This document shows, in pieces, positions 1-9,261 of a stretch of 64,000 bases of DNA (within the stretch, counting starts at the first letter, position 1; each line of letters starts with the position of its first letter). The notes under the pieces were generated by a model. It saw only the letters and a program-made list of their open reading frames with translations. It did no database searches and had not been told where the DNA came from. Source of the DNA: Candidatus Poribacteria bacterium (GTDB lineage Bacteria; Poribacteria; WGA-4E; WGA-3G); NCBI GenBank assembly GCA_963665235.2, contig CAXXLX010000001.1:2080001-2144000 (forward strand), written 5' to 3'. Made by a program: the position numbers and the translations under genes.

Positions 1-2519
1 TGGGCTGCCTGGTCGTAGTAATTTTGATAACCAGCAAGGGGCAGAGCAATTGCACCGCCTGTCCCATAAGGGCGAAGCCGTAGGTCAAATTCATAAATCC
101 CCATGCCGTGATTTCCACCTAATTGATTGACCAGCTCCAAACCGAGCGTTGAGAAATATTCCGAATTCGGCATCTTCTCTGTTGTTTCGCCATCCGCTGT
201 ATACACGAGCATCACATCCAAATCGGAACTGAAATTGAGTTCACGCCCGCCAAATTTCCCCATGCCAATTATCGCAAACGTCACAGGTGTGCCATCTTTG
301 CTGAGCGGTGTACCGTGCTCTACGCGCAGCTGCGCATCAATCTTTGGATAGAGACCTTGCAGTATCGCCTCCGCTAAATCGGACAGCTCTTCGGTCGTCT
401 TCGGGAGGTCAGCATGGCCGAGTATGTTTCGTAAGGCGATGCGCCAGATTTCATCGTTCTTGTAACGGCGCAGCATATCCAGAGTCTGCGTGGGCTGCCC
501 ATCATCAAGGATGTGTAAAACCTCTCTCTGTTTCTCAGCGAGTGTCTTAGGAGATTCAATGAAAGTCGGTATTGTCAACAGATCGAACAGTTCCGGGCTT
601 GCAATCAGCAAATCTGCAAGGTAAAGACTTGAACCACAAACGCTTATCAGAGCTTCAAGTGCCTCCGGTTTTTCTAAAAACATCGTGTAATAGCTACTGC
701 GTGCACCAACCTTTGCGGTAAACGCTTCAAAATAGCGGAGTGCCATGTCCGGGTCAGGGGCTTCGCTCAAACATTTCAGAAAAGCGGGAGCAAGTTTAAG
801 GAAAGTCCGTTTGACGACGGGAGAGAACTGCCGACCCTCACTGCCTGTGGCAAGCTGCTTTAGCAACCGATGCGCCTCTCGCACATTCTCAAAACCGAAC
901 CTGCCTAAGTGCGTCTGCATCTCTTCAACGTTATCTTGGCTAAGCAAAACCGCCACATCCAATTCACCGGGGGCTTGAATATTCATTACCTTCTCAAAAG
1001 TTTCACGGACACGGGTTTTATGTGCTTGGTAATCTTGCCTGAACGTTTCAAGTGCATCCTCCCGATACCCTACACGTTTGGCAAGTTGCAACTCCTCTTC
1101 CACCTTGGCAGGCACAGAATAACGTTGCTGGTCCGCCTCAATTTGGATACAGTTTTCAACTTTTCGTAAAAACCGATAAGCTTCGGTAAGGGCATCGGCT
1201 TCTTCAGGTTCCAAAAGTTCGTTAGCTTTCAACGCCTCCAGCGTTTCTAGCGTGTTCTGTGAACAGAGCGATTTTCGTTTACCCCCATGAATCATCTGGA
1301 GGCACTGTATAGTAAACTCAATATCCCGAATGCCGCCGGGGCCGAGTTTCACGTGTTTTTCCAGCTCCGCCTTCTCCTTTACAAGCCTTTCCTCTATGCG
1401 TGCTTTAGTGTTGCGAATGTCTACCTTAATCTCACTGAGCGTCACGCCATCCAGATAGCGTTGATAAACAAACGGCTGAATCATTCGGATAAATTCATCA
1501 CCGAACACCATATCGCCGGCGACCGGGCGTGCCTTAATCAATGCCTGCCGTTCCCATAAATCTCCCCATCCCTCATAATAACTTTCGTAGCTTTCCATAG
1601 AGCGGATGATGACTCCCGCACTGCTTTCCGGACGTAATCGGATATCCACCCGAAACACATATCCATCTGCTGTTACCTCACTCATCGCTTTAATGAGAAA
1701 CTCACACAACCGGGCGTAGTATTCGCTATTATCAATACCGGTATCGGTTTGCCCTTCGTCCGAATAAACAAAGATGAGGTCAATATCGGAACTGAAGTTC
1801 AGTTCATATCCCCCGAATTTTCCCATACCGACAATAGCGAAGCGACAGGGGCCGTTGCCATCTTCATTGAGGGGTGTCCCGAACTTCGGTTTTATTACCT
1901 GTTCCTGTCCAATTTCGTAGCAGTGTTGCAATGTTGCCTCTGCTAAATTGCTCATCTCCAGAGTCGTCGTCTCGACATCTGCAGCGTTAAGCAGGTCGCG
2001 CACGGCGATGCGGAGGCTTTCGCGCCGCTTATATTGCCGAAGGATACAAAGCTTCTGCTCGATGGAATTGTATCTGCCGAGTATCGTCCCGAGCTCGTCA
2101 TACATACGGTCCTGTGTTTTCGGGGCATCCATCACATTTGCATCGATGAGGTCATAAAAATAGAGCGGGTTGCGAATCAGAATATCTGACAGATAGGTAG
2201 ACGCGCCGAAACTCAGCAGCACCGTCGGCATCAGAAACGGGGCATCCCGGAACAGGTGATAAACCCATCTCCGATTAGATGTTGCAAGCATAAAACGGGA
2301 AAAATGGTTGAGTGCAGCGTCCGGGTTAGGCGTGTCCAGTGCTGCGGTCAATAGTGGTATCACAATATCGGCAAAAGCTTTTTGCGTGTATATGTCATCG
2401 GTAACCAGTTCTTCCAAACTTCGCCAGACAAGTTCACTATCTACGGGGGTGTCAGATAAGAGCCGATCAATTTCTTCTCTCTGCTCTTGTGAAAATACCA
2501 ATTCTACTGATGAATTCAT
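1..2519 (-). CDS. glnE: Bifunctional glutamine synthetase adenylyltransferase/adenylyl-removing enzyme (3' end runs off the window)
   Basis: Not in the ORF track because no stop lies in the window. Minus-strand ATG at 2519 after GGAGA. Manual translation gives two NTase motifs, FAIVGMGKFGGYELNFSSDIDLIFVY and FAIIGMGKFGGRELNFSSDLDVM, plus VKLGPGGIRDIEF. Confidence 0.93.
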   Translation of the reverse strand, partial: MNSSVELVFSQEQREEIDRLLSDTPVDSELVWRSLEELVTDDIYTQKAFADIVIPLLTAALDTPNPDAALNHFSRFMLATSNRRWVYHLFRDAPFLMPTVLLSFGASTYLSDILIRNPLYFYDLIDANVMDAPKTQDRMYDELGTILGRYNSIEQKLCILRQYKRRESLRIAVRDLLNAADVETTTLEMSNLAEATLQHCYEIGQEQVIKPKFGTPLNEDGNGPCRFAIVGMGKFGGYELNFSSDIDLIFVYSDEGQTDTGIDNSEYYARLCEFLIKAMSEVTADGYVFRVDIRLRPESSAGVIIRSMESYESYYEGWGDLWERQALIKARPVAGDMVFGDEFIRMIQPFVYQRYLDGVTLSEIKVDIRNTKARIEERLVKEKAELEKHVKLGPGGIRDIEFTIQCLQMIHGGKRKSLCSQNTLETLEALKANELLEPEEADALTEAYRFLRKVENCIQIEADQQRYSVPAKVEEELQLAKRVGYREDALETFRQDYQAHKTRVRETFEKVMNIQAPGELDVAVLLSQDNVEEMQTHLGRFGFENVREAHRLLKQLATGSEGRQFSPVVKRTFLKLAPAFLKCLSEAPDPDMALRYFEAFTAKVGARSSYYTMFLEKPEALEALISVCGSSLYLADLLIASPELFDLLTIPTFIESPKTLAEKQREVLHILDDGQPTQTLDMLRRYKNDEIWRIALRNILGHADLPKTTEELSDLAEAILQGLYPKIDAQLRVEHGTPLSKDGTPVTFAIIGMGKFGGRELNFSSDLDVMLVYTADGETTEKMPNSEYFSTLGLELVNQLGGNHGMGIYEFDLRLRPYGTGGAIALPLAGYQNYYDQAA

Positions 2520-2529
2520 TTTTTCTCTC

Positions 2530-3219
2530 CTATTCCGTATCCTCAAGAATTTGTGCAATAATAGGTTGGAGCGGGGGAATCAGTTCCGTTGCGGTTTGCC
2601 AGACGATGGAAAAGTTAACGTCAAAGTCCTCGTGGATAGGCCGGTCTTGCATCCCCGCCATTTGCCGCCAGGGCACCTGTGGATACCTTTGTCGAATCTC
2701 TTCTGGAACACCCTTCGTTGCTTCCCCGATAATCTCAAGTTTCCGGACGACAGCAGAAGCGGTTTTATCATCCGCAGCAAACGTATCAAAGTCTATCTCT
2801 TCGATAAATGCCTGGACAGCCAGCATTGCTTCAGAGATGTCCTTCAGATAAAGGTGATAGTTTCTCTTACGCGTATCGTTTGTTGGCGGACTACAACGTA
2901 ATTGGAAGTTAGCGAGGGCCTCTAGGCCGTTTTCACAGTCTATCATTTCCTTGAAAACGGAGTCCCGAATTTCCTCGCGGAGTGAACGGCTCGGTACCAC
3001 ATCTACCTTGCACCCCAGTCTATCTTCCAAAAATTGCTGAAGGCCGACAAGATGTAGCAATGTTGCATCGGCATCCACATCGACCAAGAGATCCAGATCG
3101 CTGTCGGCGTGAAAATCTCCTCGCGAATATGAACCGAAGACAGCTTTAATTTCAGTCTTGTATTGCCTCCGAATTTCGTCCTTTTCCTCTGTGACTATTT
3201 TCTTGAATTCCTCAATCAT
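2530..3219 (-). CDS. In-frame fusion of MNT nucleotidyltransferase antitoxin and DUF86/HepT-like HEPN domain; HEPN active site degenerate
   Basis: N-half has GSYSRGD..DSDLDLLVD. C-half has LEIIGEATK..YPQVPWRQMAGMQDRPIHED, where canonical RxxxxHxY has become QxxxxHxD. Confidence 0.82.
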   Translation of the reverse strand: MIEEFKKIVTEEKDEIRRQYKTEIKAVFGSYSRGDFHADSDLDLLVDVDADATLLHLVGLQQFLEDRLGCKVDVVPSRSLREEIRDSVFKEMIDCENGLEALANFQLRCSPPTNDTRKRNYHLYLKDISEAMLAVQAFIEEIDFDTFAADDKTASAVVRKLEIIGEATKGVPEEIRQRYPQVPWRQMAGMQDRPIHEDFDVNFSIVWQTATELIPPLQPIIAQILEDTE

Positions 3220-3258
3220 GACGCATTCCCTCGGAATAGGTTGTAAGACAGTCCACCG

Positions 3259-3498
3259 TTACGAATTAAGTATGACAATCAGACTAATTATTATCGCCGC
3301 GGCTGACATTGCTATGGCGGCGATGGAGAGGCTCAATCTTTTACTGCTGCCCTCCTGCTTTCTATCCTGCTCCATTCCATCTATGCGGGTATCCAGAGAA
3401 TCAAGACGTTTTTCTAAGCGGTCGTAACGCTCTTTTTCTCGTTCCTTAATTTCAGCCAAGGCAGCAAGGACCGTATCCCGGAAATCCTGCTCTGTCAT
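3259..3498 (-). CDS. Small coiled-coil protein with C-terminal transmembrane helix
   Basis: GGAGG RBS, charged heptad region, then hydrophobic LSIAAIAMSAAAIIISLIVIL. Confidence 0.7.
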   Translation of the reverse strand: MTEQDFRDTVLAALAEIKEREKERYDRLEKRLDSLDTRIDGMEQDRKQEGSSKRLSLSIAAIAMSAAAIIISLIVILNS

Positions 3499-3533
3499 TA
3501 TGTATCACCTCCACTCTGTATTATGTATCATAT

Positions 3534-3581
3534 AGTTAAGTTTAACACGATTCGCAGGTTAAATTCAAACGGAATTCGCAA
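3534..3581 (-). promoter_or_regulatory. Sigma70-like promoter block for the 3498 gene, homologous to 9092-9139
   Basis: Minus strand TTGAAT-18-TAAACT with extended TG. ATTCGCA occurs twice, 24 bp apart. Confidence 0.55.
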
Positions 3582-3598
3582 GGTATTGAAAAATTCGC

Positions 3599-3627
3599 TT
3601 GACTTTTTTTTCTGTATGTGGTAAACT
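3599..3627 (+). promoter_or_regulatory. Sigma70 promoter with no long ORF downstream
   Basis: TTGACT(3599)-17 nt-TAAACT(3622) with extended -10 TG. Confidence 0.65.
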
Positions 3628-3633
3628 AATTAT

Positions 3634-3862
3634 AAAGCTACTAAATGAGACTTAACGAACGCGGTTGAAAAGGGTTTCCCGTGTTCGCGCAGGATTCGTT
3701 GTCTCATGACTTAGGTAAAACCCTGAATTCAGGAGGTTTAGAAAAAAATGCGAATGAAAAAGGACATACACGCCTAGATGATTTCAGGCATCGCGTCTCC
3801 TTACCGGAAGGCGTGATGCCTGAATGCCACTACACCTATTGTTGCAGAGGCATTCAGTTTTT
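3634..3862 (+). ncRNA. Candidate structured RNA or leader with 9-codon ORF, family unknown
   Basis: Lies between the promoter and a hairpin+T5 terminator. Stems: ATGAGAC/GTCTCAT (3645/3701), CCTGAATTCAGG palindrome (3722-3733), 16-bp stem 3783-3798/3809-3824. Confidence 0.45.
3820..3862 (+). terminator. Intrinsic terminator
   Basis: CTGAATGCC...GGCATTCAG followed by TTTTT. Confidence 0.55.
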
Positions 3863-3943
3863 GGTTTTCTGAGTGATTATCACGGATAGGCGCGTGTTAT
3901 TATCGGTAAGAATCGAAGAGTCAAACCCCTCCACAAGAACGGA

Positions 3944-5494
3944 TCATTCTATTGTTTTTTTCGTCAACATTTCGGCGATGTCTGGCGGCAAATCCGTCTC
4001 ATTTGCCTCCGTCAAAGCCCTCCCATTTATTTTCTTGAATTCTTCAACACTCTCGTAATCATCCCCGAATATAGAGGCGTTATCTACACCCTTTTCCTTT
4101 GCGGTTTTCATGTCCTTTCGCGCGTTTTCCCAGTCGAACTTGTGTAAGTAAGCCTCACCGCGATTTTGATAGGCTAGGGCAGTAAATTCATTCTCCGCTT
4201 TAATCACAGTGGTGTAGTAACTGATAGCTTCATCGAAACAAGCATTAGCGTTCTCCGAATCGCCGCGCCGCCTCGCCAACACCCCTTTTGATGCGTAAGC
4301 ATTGCCAAGATTGTTATCGACTTTGGTAGATTCATCATCCTCGATGACTTTTTTGTAGTAATCCTCGGCTTCGTTGTAGTCCTTGATGGCTTTGTTGAAA
4401 AAATCATCAACCTTCGATGCTACCTCATCTGCAATTTCCGTTGACTTACTCTGTTTCATTATTGCATTCCCCTTTGCTACTTGGGCAATGCCGAGCAAGT
4501 TATACACAAAGGCACGGTCTGAGGTCAAAGTTTCCGCAGTATTTATTGCCATGTTATAGTCGCCGATGGCTTCGTCGTAATTTTTCGCAGCGTAGTAAGC
4601 CCGGCCGCGCTCTCTATAATTTTCGACGTTTTCCGAATCTAACCCCATCTCTTTATTTATCTTTATGGCTTCAGTGAGGTAGTCAATAGCCTTTTCCGCA
4701 TCTCCCTTTTGGCGTGCCTTAATCCCTTTTCGCCTATAAGCTTCCGCAGTGGGTTCAATATAGGATTTATCCCCGGCGTTCAGCCAAGCATAACCATAGA
4801 AGTCTGCAAACAACCTCTCGCCAGTGATACCTGATAAGTCTTCCAACGCTTCCAAGATCTCTACCTTCTTACTCGCTTCGATCTCACATTCGTCATCTAT
4901 TTTAATCGCAGCACGCCCAAACACGAAAACAGATTGTTGGGCAATAATCCGGTTGTTCTGGTGTTGCGGTTGCCATCGATAGCGTGGATATCTCCCCATG
5001 TCATCGGTTTCAAAAAAGTAATCAATGTTTTTATTCGCGCTCATGTCATAGTCGACCTCCTTTAGCGGTTTTAGCCCGTCACTACGTAGAACGACGACTT
5101 TGCCATTTTCCTGTTTTTTTCCAGCTTCTTGCTGCTCTTGCTGACAGGCAAACCAGAGCGCAATCAAGGCACTGTATGTAAAGTCGATGAGGCATGTAGC
5201 TGCACCGAAGTGCTGAAGCTCCGCCAATAAATTCAGATCCGAGAGTTTTTTCCCATCTTTTTGATCGTGTCCAATACTGCGAACTTTTTCCAGCAGCTCC
5301 TCATTGAGCTCAAGGAGTCGCTCCGGGTTTATAGGTTTCTCCTCCTTCGGTAGGCGGCGCTCGGACGACGTTTCTACTTTCCGGTCTTCTATATAAGACG
5401 TTTTCTTCACACCTCGAAACAAATATTCACCTTTGTTGAATTTCGCAGCCCAATCCATGAATTCGGAGAGACTGCTAAGAGTTTTCACTGCCAT
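3944..5494 (-). CDS. FRG-domain protein with C-terminal TPR repeats
   Basis: YLFRG, LQHFGAATCLIDFTYSALIALWFAC and NNRIIAQQSVF are FRG motifs. TPR helices follow (YRERGRAY..YDEAIGDY). Confidence 0.88.
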   Translation of the reverse strand: MAVKTLSSLSEFMDWAAKFNKGEYLFRGVKKTSYIEDRKVETSSERRLPKEEKPINPERLLELNEELLEKVRSIGHDQKDGKKLSDLNLLAELQHFGAATCLIDFTYSALIALWFACQQEQQEAGKKQENGKVVVLRSDGLKPLKEVDYDMSANKNIDYFFETDDMGRYPRYRWQPQHQNNRIIAQQSVFVFGRAAIKIDDECEIEASKKVEILEALEDLSGITGERLFADFYGYAWLNAGDKSYIEPTAEAYRRKGIKARQKGDAEKAIDYLTEAIKINKEMGLDSENVENYRERGRAYYAAKNYDEAIGDYNMAINTAETLTSDRAFVYNLLGIAQVAKGNAIMKQSKSTEIADEVASKVDDFFNKAIKDYNEAEDYYKKVIEDDESTKVDNNLGNAYASKGVLARRRGDSENANACFDEAISYYTTVIKAENEFTALAYQNRGEAYLHKFDWENARKDMKTAKEKGVDNASIFGDDYESVEEFKKINGRALTEANETDLPPDIAEMLTKKTIE

Positions 5495-5551
5495 TTATTT
5501 TCTCCTTGCCCTCGAAAAAGTGTCCAACCCGGAAAGAGAATATCAAGAACG

Positions 5552-8500
5552 TTACGCTGTCTCAAATTTCAACGGATCGGCCACCTTCTGAAGTGCCGCA
5601 TTCACCTGTTCCAACACTTCATCTGATGGCGGTTCGCCTTCGGCGGTAATTGAAATGCGAAACTTAAAATCAAGTTCAGGCGCGATATCAAGTAAATCGC
5701 CAACCGTTTCAGCTAAATCTTGAATTTGGGATCCGGTGAGATGTGACTCAGCACGCTTTAACCATGCAGGCCGCCGCACTTTAGTTTTGTACCAGTCTTC
5801 GGATGACTGACCTTCACGAACGATTATTCCACTTTCGATGGCTCGGTCGACAGCCTCGCGAAATACGTCCTCCGGGATAGAAACCCCCCGCTTAGATTCA
5901 AGTGCCGCTTTTATGGATTCAAGGGTAGGCTGACTGGATGCCCAGACATCTGCTGCATCTTGTCCGATTAGCTCCGCCGGCGTTATCTTCACAGGCACAG
6001 CTACCTCTAAAACTTTTAAACCGACTTTATCCGCTTCTTCAGCAGAACACGGCCACACGGGGCTTCCACTACTGAATTCAAAGAGATTATTAGATATGCC
6101 ATCACTCACAGCTTCCCTAATCAACGGCCACGGAATTGGCGTCCCTTTACGCACCGCCAATGCATCCATTATTTTAGATAGAGATGTGGTGTCGTTCTCC
6201 CACACGTCAGGCAAGGTTTTGTGGGTAAGTTCTGAACCGCTAATCGGGACTAACGGTGTTAGCAACTCTGTATCGTCGGTTATATCCGTGTCAGGAATTT
6301 TTTCCTTAAGATAGGCTTTGCCTTGGTGACGCGCCATCACTAAGCCGTTTTGAACAGCATCCTGAATTGCGTCCAAAAGCACATCGTCAGAAACGAGTTT
6401 TGGCACCTCGTCTCCATCAAAAAATCCCCGAATTACCCCTATCGTTGTCGGAACACTATCATCCGGCCACACTTCTGACAATTGCCCGGGACGCAATAAC
6501 TCCGCGCTAAGGTTGTGAAGTTCTGCATGTTCAATCGGGACGATTTCTACTTTTTTCCAGAAATCGTCAGCATCAGTATCAGCGGCGGGAGGGGGTTCAC
6601 GCCAATAAGTTTTCAGAGACGTGTCCGGTCGAACTATACGCAACACAATCCTCCCTTCCGCAACACCACGTCGAAGGGTGTCAACGAACACCTGCCAATT
6701 CAATAATCTCGGAAGGCGGGGCATGCTGCCAAACATGCTGTACAGCACTTGCGCCGGTTTCTCAGTTTGCCTGTCTCCCCACAAATCAAAGTAGCTCTCC
6801 GGCGTGAGGAGCTCTGGATCGAGTACTGTTGTTAGTAATCTCTCTTCGTCGACCAGCGCAGCTTTGACCCGTTCAAACGCTGAGTCCCTGCCGGGTGGTA
6901 ACAAACTCGCTTTAATGTCACCATCTTCGTCAACAGCGATCAACACGCTATAAGCGGATATGACAGATTCTAAAATATCAGCTTCATCCTCTTTTTTACG
7001 TTGTAACAGCAGGGCCTTCTGCGGTTCACTTAAAAGGTCCATATCGTCACCGCTTTCGATGTTTTGCCAGCCAAGGATTTTACGGATACGTCCTTGCAAT
7101 CCTAGCAATCGTGATTTTTCGGGGGCGAGGATGATAACGTTATTACGGTAGGTACTCTTAAAAAACTCGGCAAGTGATTCGGAAACCTCTTCCCCCGGGA
7201 CTGCTGCATATTCGGGTGCAGCGAGCACGAAGCGAAGTTCAGGCGTGTCCGGAATATCGGTAGATGCCTGAGGCAGTGTGTGGACATTCATCCTGTCTAC
7301 GGTTCGACCGAGTTTCGCATCTCTTATACATTTCACTAAATCTTCGCTGATCTGAGCGTCGGTGACCCGCCGCATTGCATGAAAGTGCATGTTGGTGAGG
7401 TTAGGGTTCGTCCCCAAAGCCCAGCTGTCCTTGTTTTCTTTGAGAAACCATGAGGCAGCTCGCCATTCGGAGAGCCCTTTATCTACTGACACCACGTCAA
7501 TGTCAGCGTGTGCTAGTAGAAGGTAGAGGTCTGCTAACTCTGCTTTCTGCCCGATAGGCTGTGAATGCAAAAAGGTAGCGATGACTGCAGCTTCAATTTC
7601 TCGGGATTTGAGCAGCGGCAGCTCTTTCTGAACAGCACGCGCTCTTTCGAGCTCTCCCGTGAGAATGGGGGGCCACTGAGTGCCTTCATCACAAGCTCCA
7701 ACGAGCTCTCGAATGACCTCTGATAATTCGCCATCAGTACCGAGGAGTGTGGTAGGTCCAATAAACTCGCTGATATCTTTCCCATCAGCTTCTCTGAGGG
7801 CAATTGCGAATGTCCGGAGGACACCACGTGTCCTTTGGAAGTGAGTCAACTGCGTCCACTTTTGGTAGAATACTTCAATAAGATCGGGATGAAATGGATA
7901 GGATTCTAAAAGCCGGTTAGCCGCGCGTGAATCTTTCTGTGATGCCCGAAGAGGTAACTTTTTCATTGACTCAACAAGACAATTTACAACGGCGCGCCGT
8001 TCTTTCTCAGGTGGAATATATTCAAACAAACGCCGTCGAAGCAATTCTGAAACATCTTTGCGATCAACTGGTTCAACGCTTTCTCGGACACGTTGGAAAA
8101 TATTTCCTATTTCACTTAAGACCTGCGTTCCAGTGGGATCGTTCGCTGCCTTATCAAAGGATAGGAGGCTTGCCACGATCGCAGTGCGATCAACACTTGC
8201 CACCGCTTGTGTGAGTCCTTGAAAGAAATCTTGAAAGATACCCAATCGATTCGGATCGTCAATTACAGCATTTCGCATATACATGAGAGCTTCATCGAGT
8301 AAAATAAGGGTAGATAAATCCTCATCTCGGGGTGCTTTCAATAATTCGGTAAGAAGAGGTTGAGTAGGTGCGATATAATCGGTTTCGTGCTCGGCGATTT
8401 TTTTCAATCCTTCATCACCGGCAAGTTGATATGCCAATGCGCCCCATGGGGTTTTAACCCACCTTTTCTTACCGTCAGGACTTACGACTTCAAGTCCAGC

Positions 8501-8917
8501 TTTCACGTCAAATTTGTCAAAAGGAAGGATGGCAACGCGCGCCCGGGGCAACGTGTCTAAGCCGCTGAATCTCATAAACTCCTGCACAATGGGATGCGTT
8601 TGTAATTCAGCACCGTGTTCTGCCAAATGTAGCAAGGCAATGAGGGCATGCGTTTTTCCACCGCCGTAAGCGACCTGAACGTTAATAACGGAAGGGCCGC
8701 CTTTTCCAGTTAACCGGAGAAGGACATCTCGTACCAATTTTTTCAGATTATGGGGCGCATAGGTTCGATCGAAAAAAAGATCTGGCACACGATAGACGTT
8801 GAGTGCGTCTCCCGTTCGTACTGCATAGAGATCAGCCGCGAATTCAGAGAGTTCAAGTGTCCCTTGTCTTACATCATCTCTCAAAATACACTGTTCATGC
8901 CAAGCATTTTTGTCCAT
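5552..8917 (-). CDS. DUF499 family AAA+ ATPase (BrxC-related)
   Basis: EFAADL N-terminus, Walker A YGGGKTHALIAL, Walker B ILLDE, SYPFHP and FQRTRGVLR. Confidence 0.9.
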   Translation of the reverse strand: MDKNAWHEQCILRDDVRQGTLELSEFAADLYAVRTGDALNVYRVPDLFFDRTYAPHNLKKLVRDVLLRLTGKGGPSVINVQVAYGGGKTHALIALLHLAEHGAELQTHPIVQEFMRFSGLDTLPRARVAILPFDKFDVKAGLEVVSPDGKKRWVKTPWGALAYQLAGDEGLKKIAEHETDYIAPTQPLLTELLKAPRDEDLSTLILLDEALMYMRNAVIDDPNRLGIFQDFFQGLTQAVASVDRTAIVASLLSFDKAANDPTGTQVLSEIGNIFQRVRESVEPVDRKDVSELLRRRLFEYIPPEKERRAVVNCLVESMKKLPLRASQKDSRAANRLLESYPFHPDLIEVFYQKWTQLTHFQRTRGVLRTFAIALREADGKDISEFIGPTTLLGTDGELSEVIRELVGACDEGTQWPPILTGELERARAVQKELPLLKSREIEAAVIATFLHSQPIGQKAELADLYLLLAHADIDVVSVDKGLSEWRAASWFLKENKDSWALGTNPNLTNMHFHAMRRVTDAQISEDLVKCIRDAKLGRTVDRMNVHTLPQASTDIPDTPELRFVLAAPEYAAVPGEEVSESLAEFFKSTYRNNVIILAPEKSRLLGLQGRIRKILGWQNIESGDDMDLLSEPQKALLLQRKKEDEADILESVISAYSVLIAVDEDGDIKASLLPPGRDSAFERVKAALVDEERLLTTVLDPELLTPESYFDLWGDRQTEKPAQVLYSMFGSMPRLPRLLNWQVFVDTLRRGVAEGRIVLRIVRPDTSLKTYWREPPPAADTDADDFWKKVEIVPIEHAELHNLSAELLRPGQLSEVWPDDSVPTTIGVIRGFFDGDEVPKLVSDDVLLDAIQDAVQNGLVMARHQGKAYLKEKIPDTDITDDTELLTPLVPISGSELTHKTLPDVWENDTTSLSKIMDALAVRKGTPIPWPLIREAVSDGISNNLFEFSSGSPVWPCSAEEADKVGLKVLEVAVPVKITPAELIGQDAADVWASSQPTLESIKAALESKRGVSIPEDVFREAVDRAIESGIIVREGQSSEDWYKTKVRRPAWLKRAESHLTGSQIQDLAETVGDLLDIAPELDFKFRISITAEGEPPSDEVLEQVNAALQKVADPLKFETA

Positions 8918-8983
8918 GGATTCCCTCCTTCACTTTTTCCGCATTGTAAGGGCAATATATTTATAGGAACAGGATTTCCCCAT

Positions 8984-9036
8984 TAGTCCCAGTATTCGGG
9001 CAAGCAGCCCGCTCCTTAAAGACGATATGTTTATAG
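8984..9036. repeat. REP-like repeat of the 12236 family interrupted by a 24-bp micro-element
   Basis: TAGTCCCAGTA[TTCGGGCAAGCAGCCCGCTCCTTA]AAGACGATATGTTTATAG compared with the uninterrupted family sequence. Confidence 0.65.
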
Positions 9037-9091
9037 AGGTTAGTGCGAATAGACATTTATTATCAAGCTCACGTTATATTAGGCATTGTCC

Positions 9092-9139
9092 AGTCAAGTT
9101 TAGCACGATTCGCATGCTAACGTCAAGCAAAATTCGCAA
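9092..9139 (-). promoter_or_regulatory. Sigma70-like promoter block upstream of the DUF499 ATPase
   Basis: Minus strand TTGACG-18-TAAACT with extended TG. 39/48 nt identical to 3534-3581. Confidence 0.55.
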
Positions 9140-9261
9140 AAAAATATTCTGTTCTCATACACTGTTCTGTCTATGAACACAGAGCAACCCGTGAACGGTT
9201 ATTGGCTACCGGGCAGCCCCTTAAGCAGATGTTGCACACCTGCTTCTCTCTGAGATCATAA

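Noticed and set aside
127-2901. Plus-strand short ORFs
   Set aside because: They are shadows of glnE and MNT-HEPN on the minus strand. Most other short ORFs in the track were rejected for the same reason.
3634-3862. Retron msr-msd, tmRNA, 6S or RNase P RNA
   Set aside because: No reverse transcriptase in the window and no signature sequences of those RNAs recognised.
3681-3872. 63-aa ORF as the product of the 3599 promoter
   Set aside because: GTG start without an RBS, buried in a hairpin, and it runs through the terminator.
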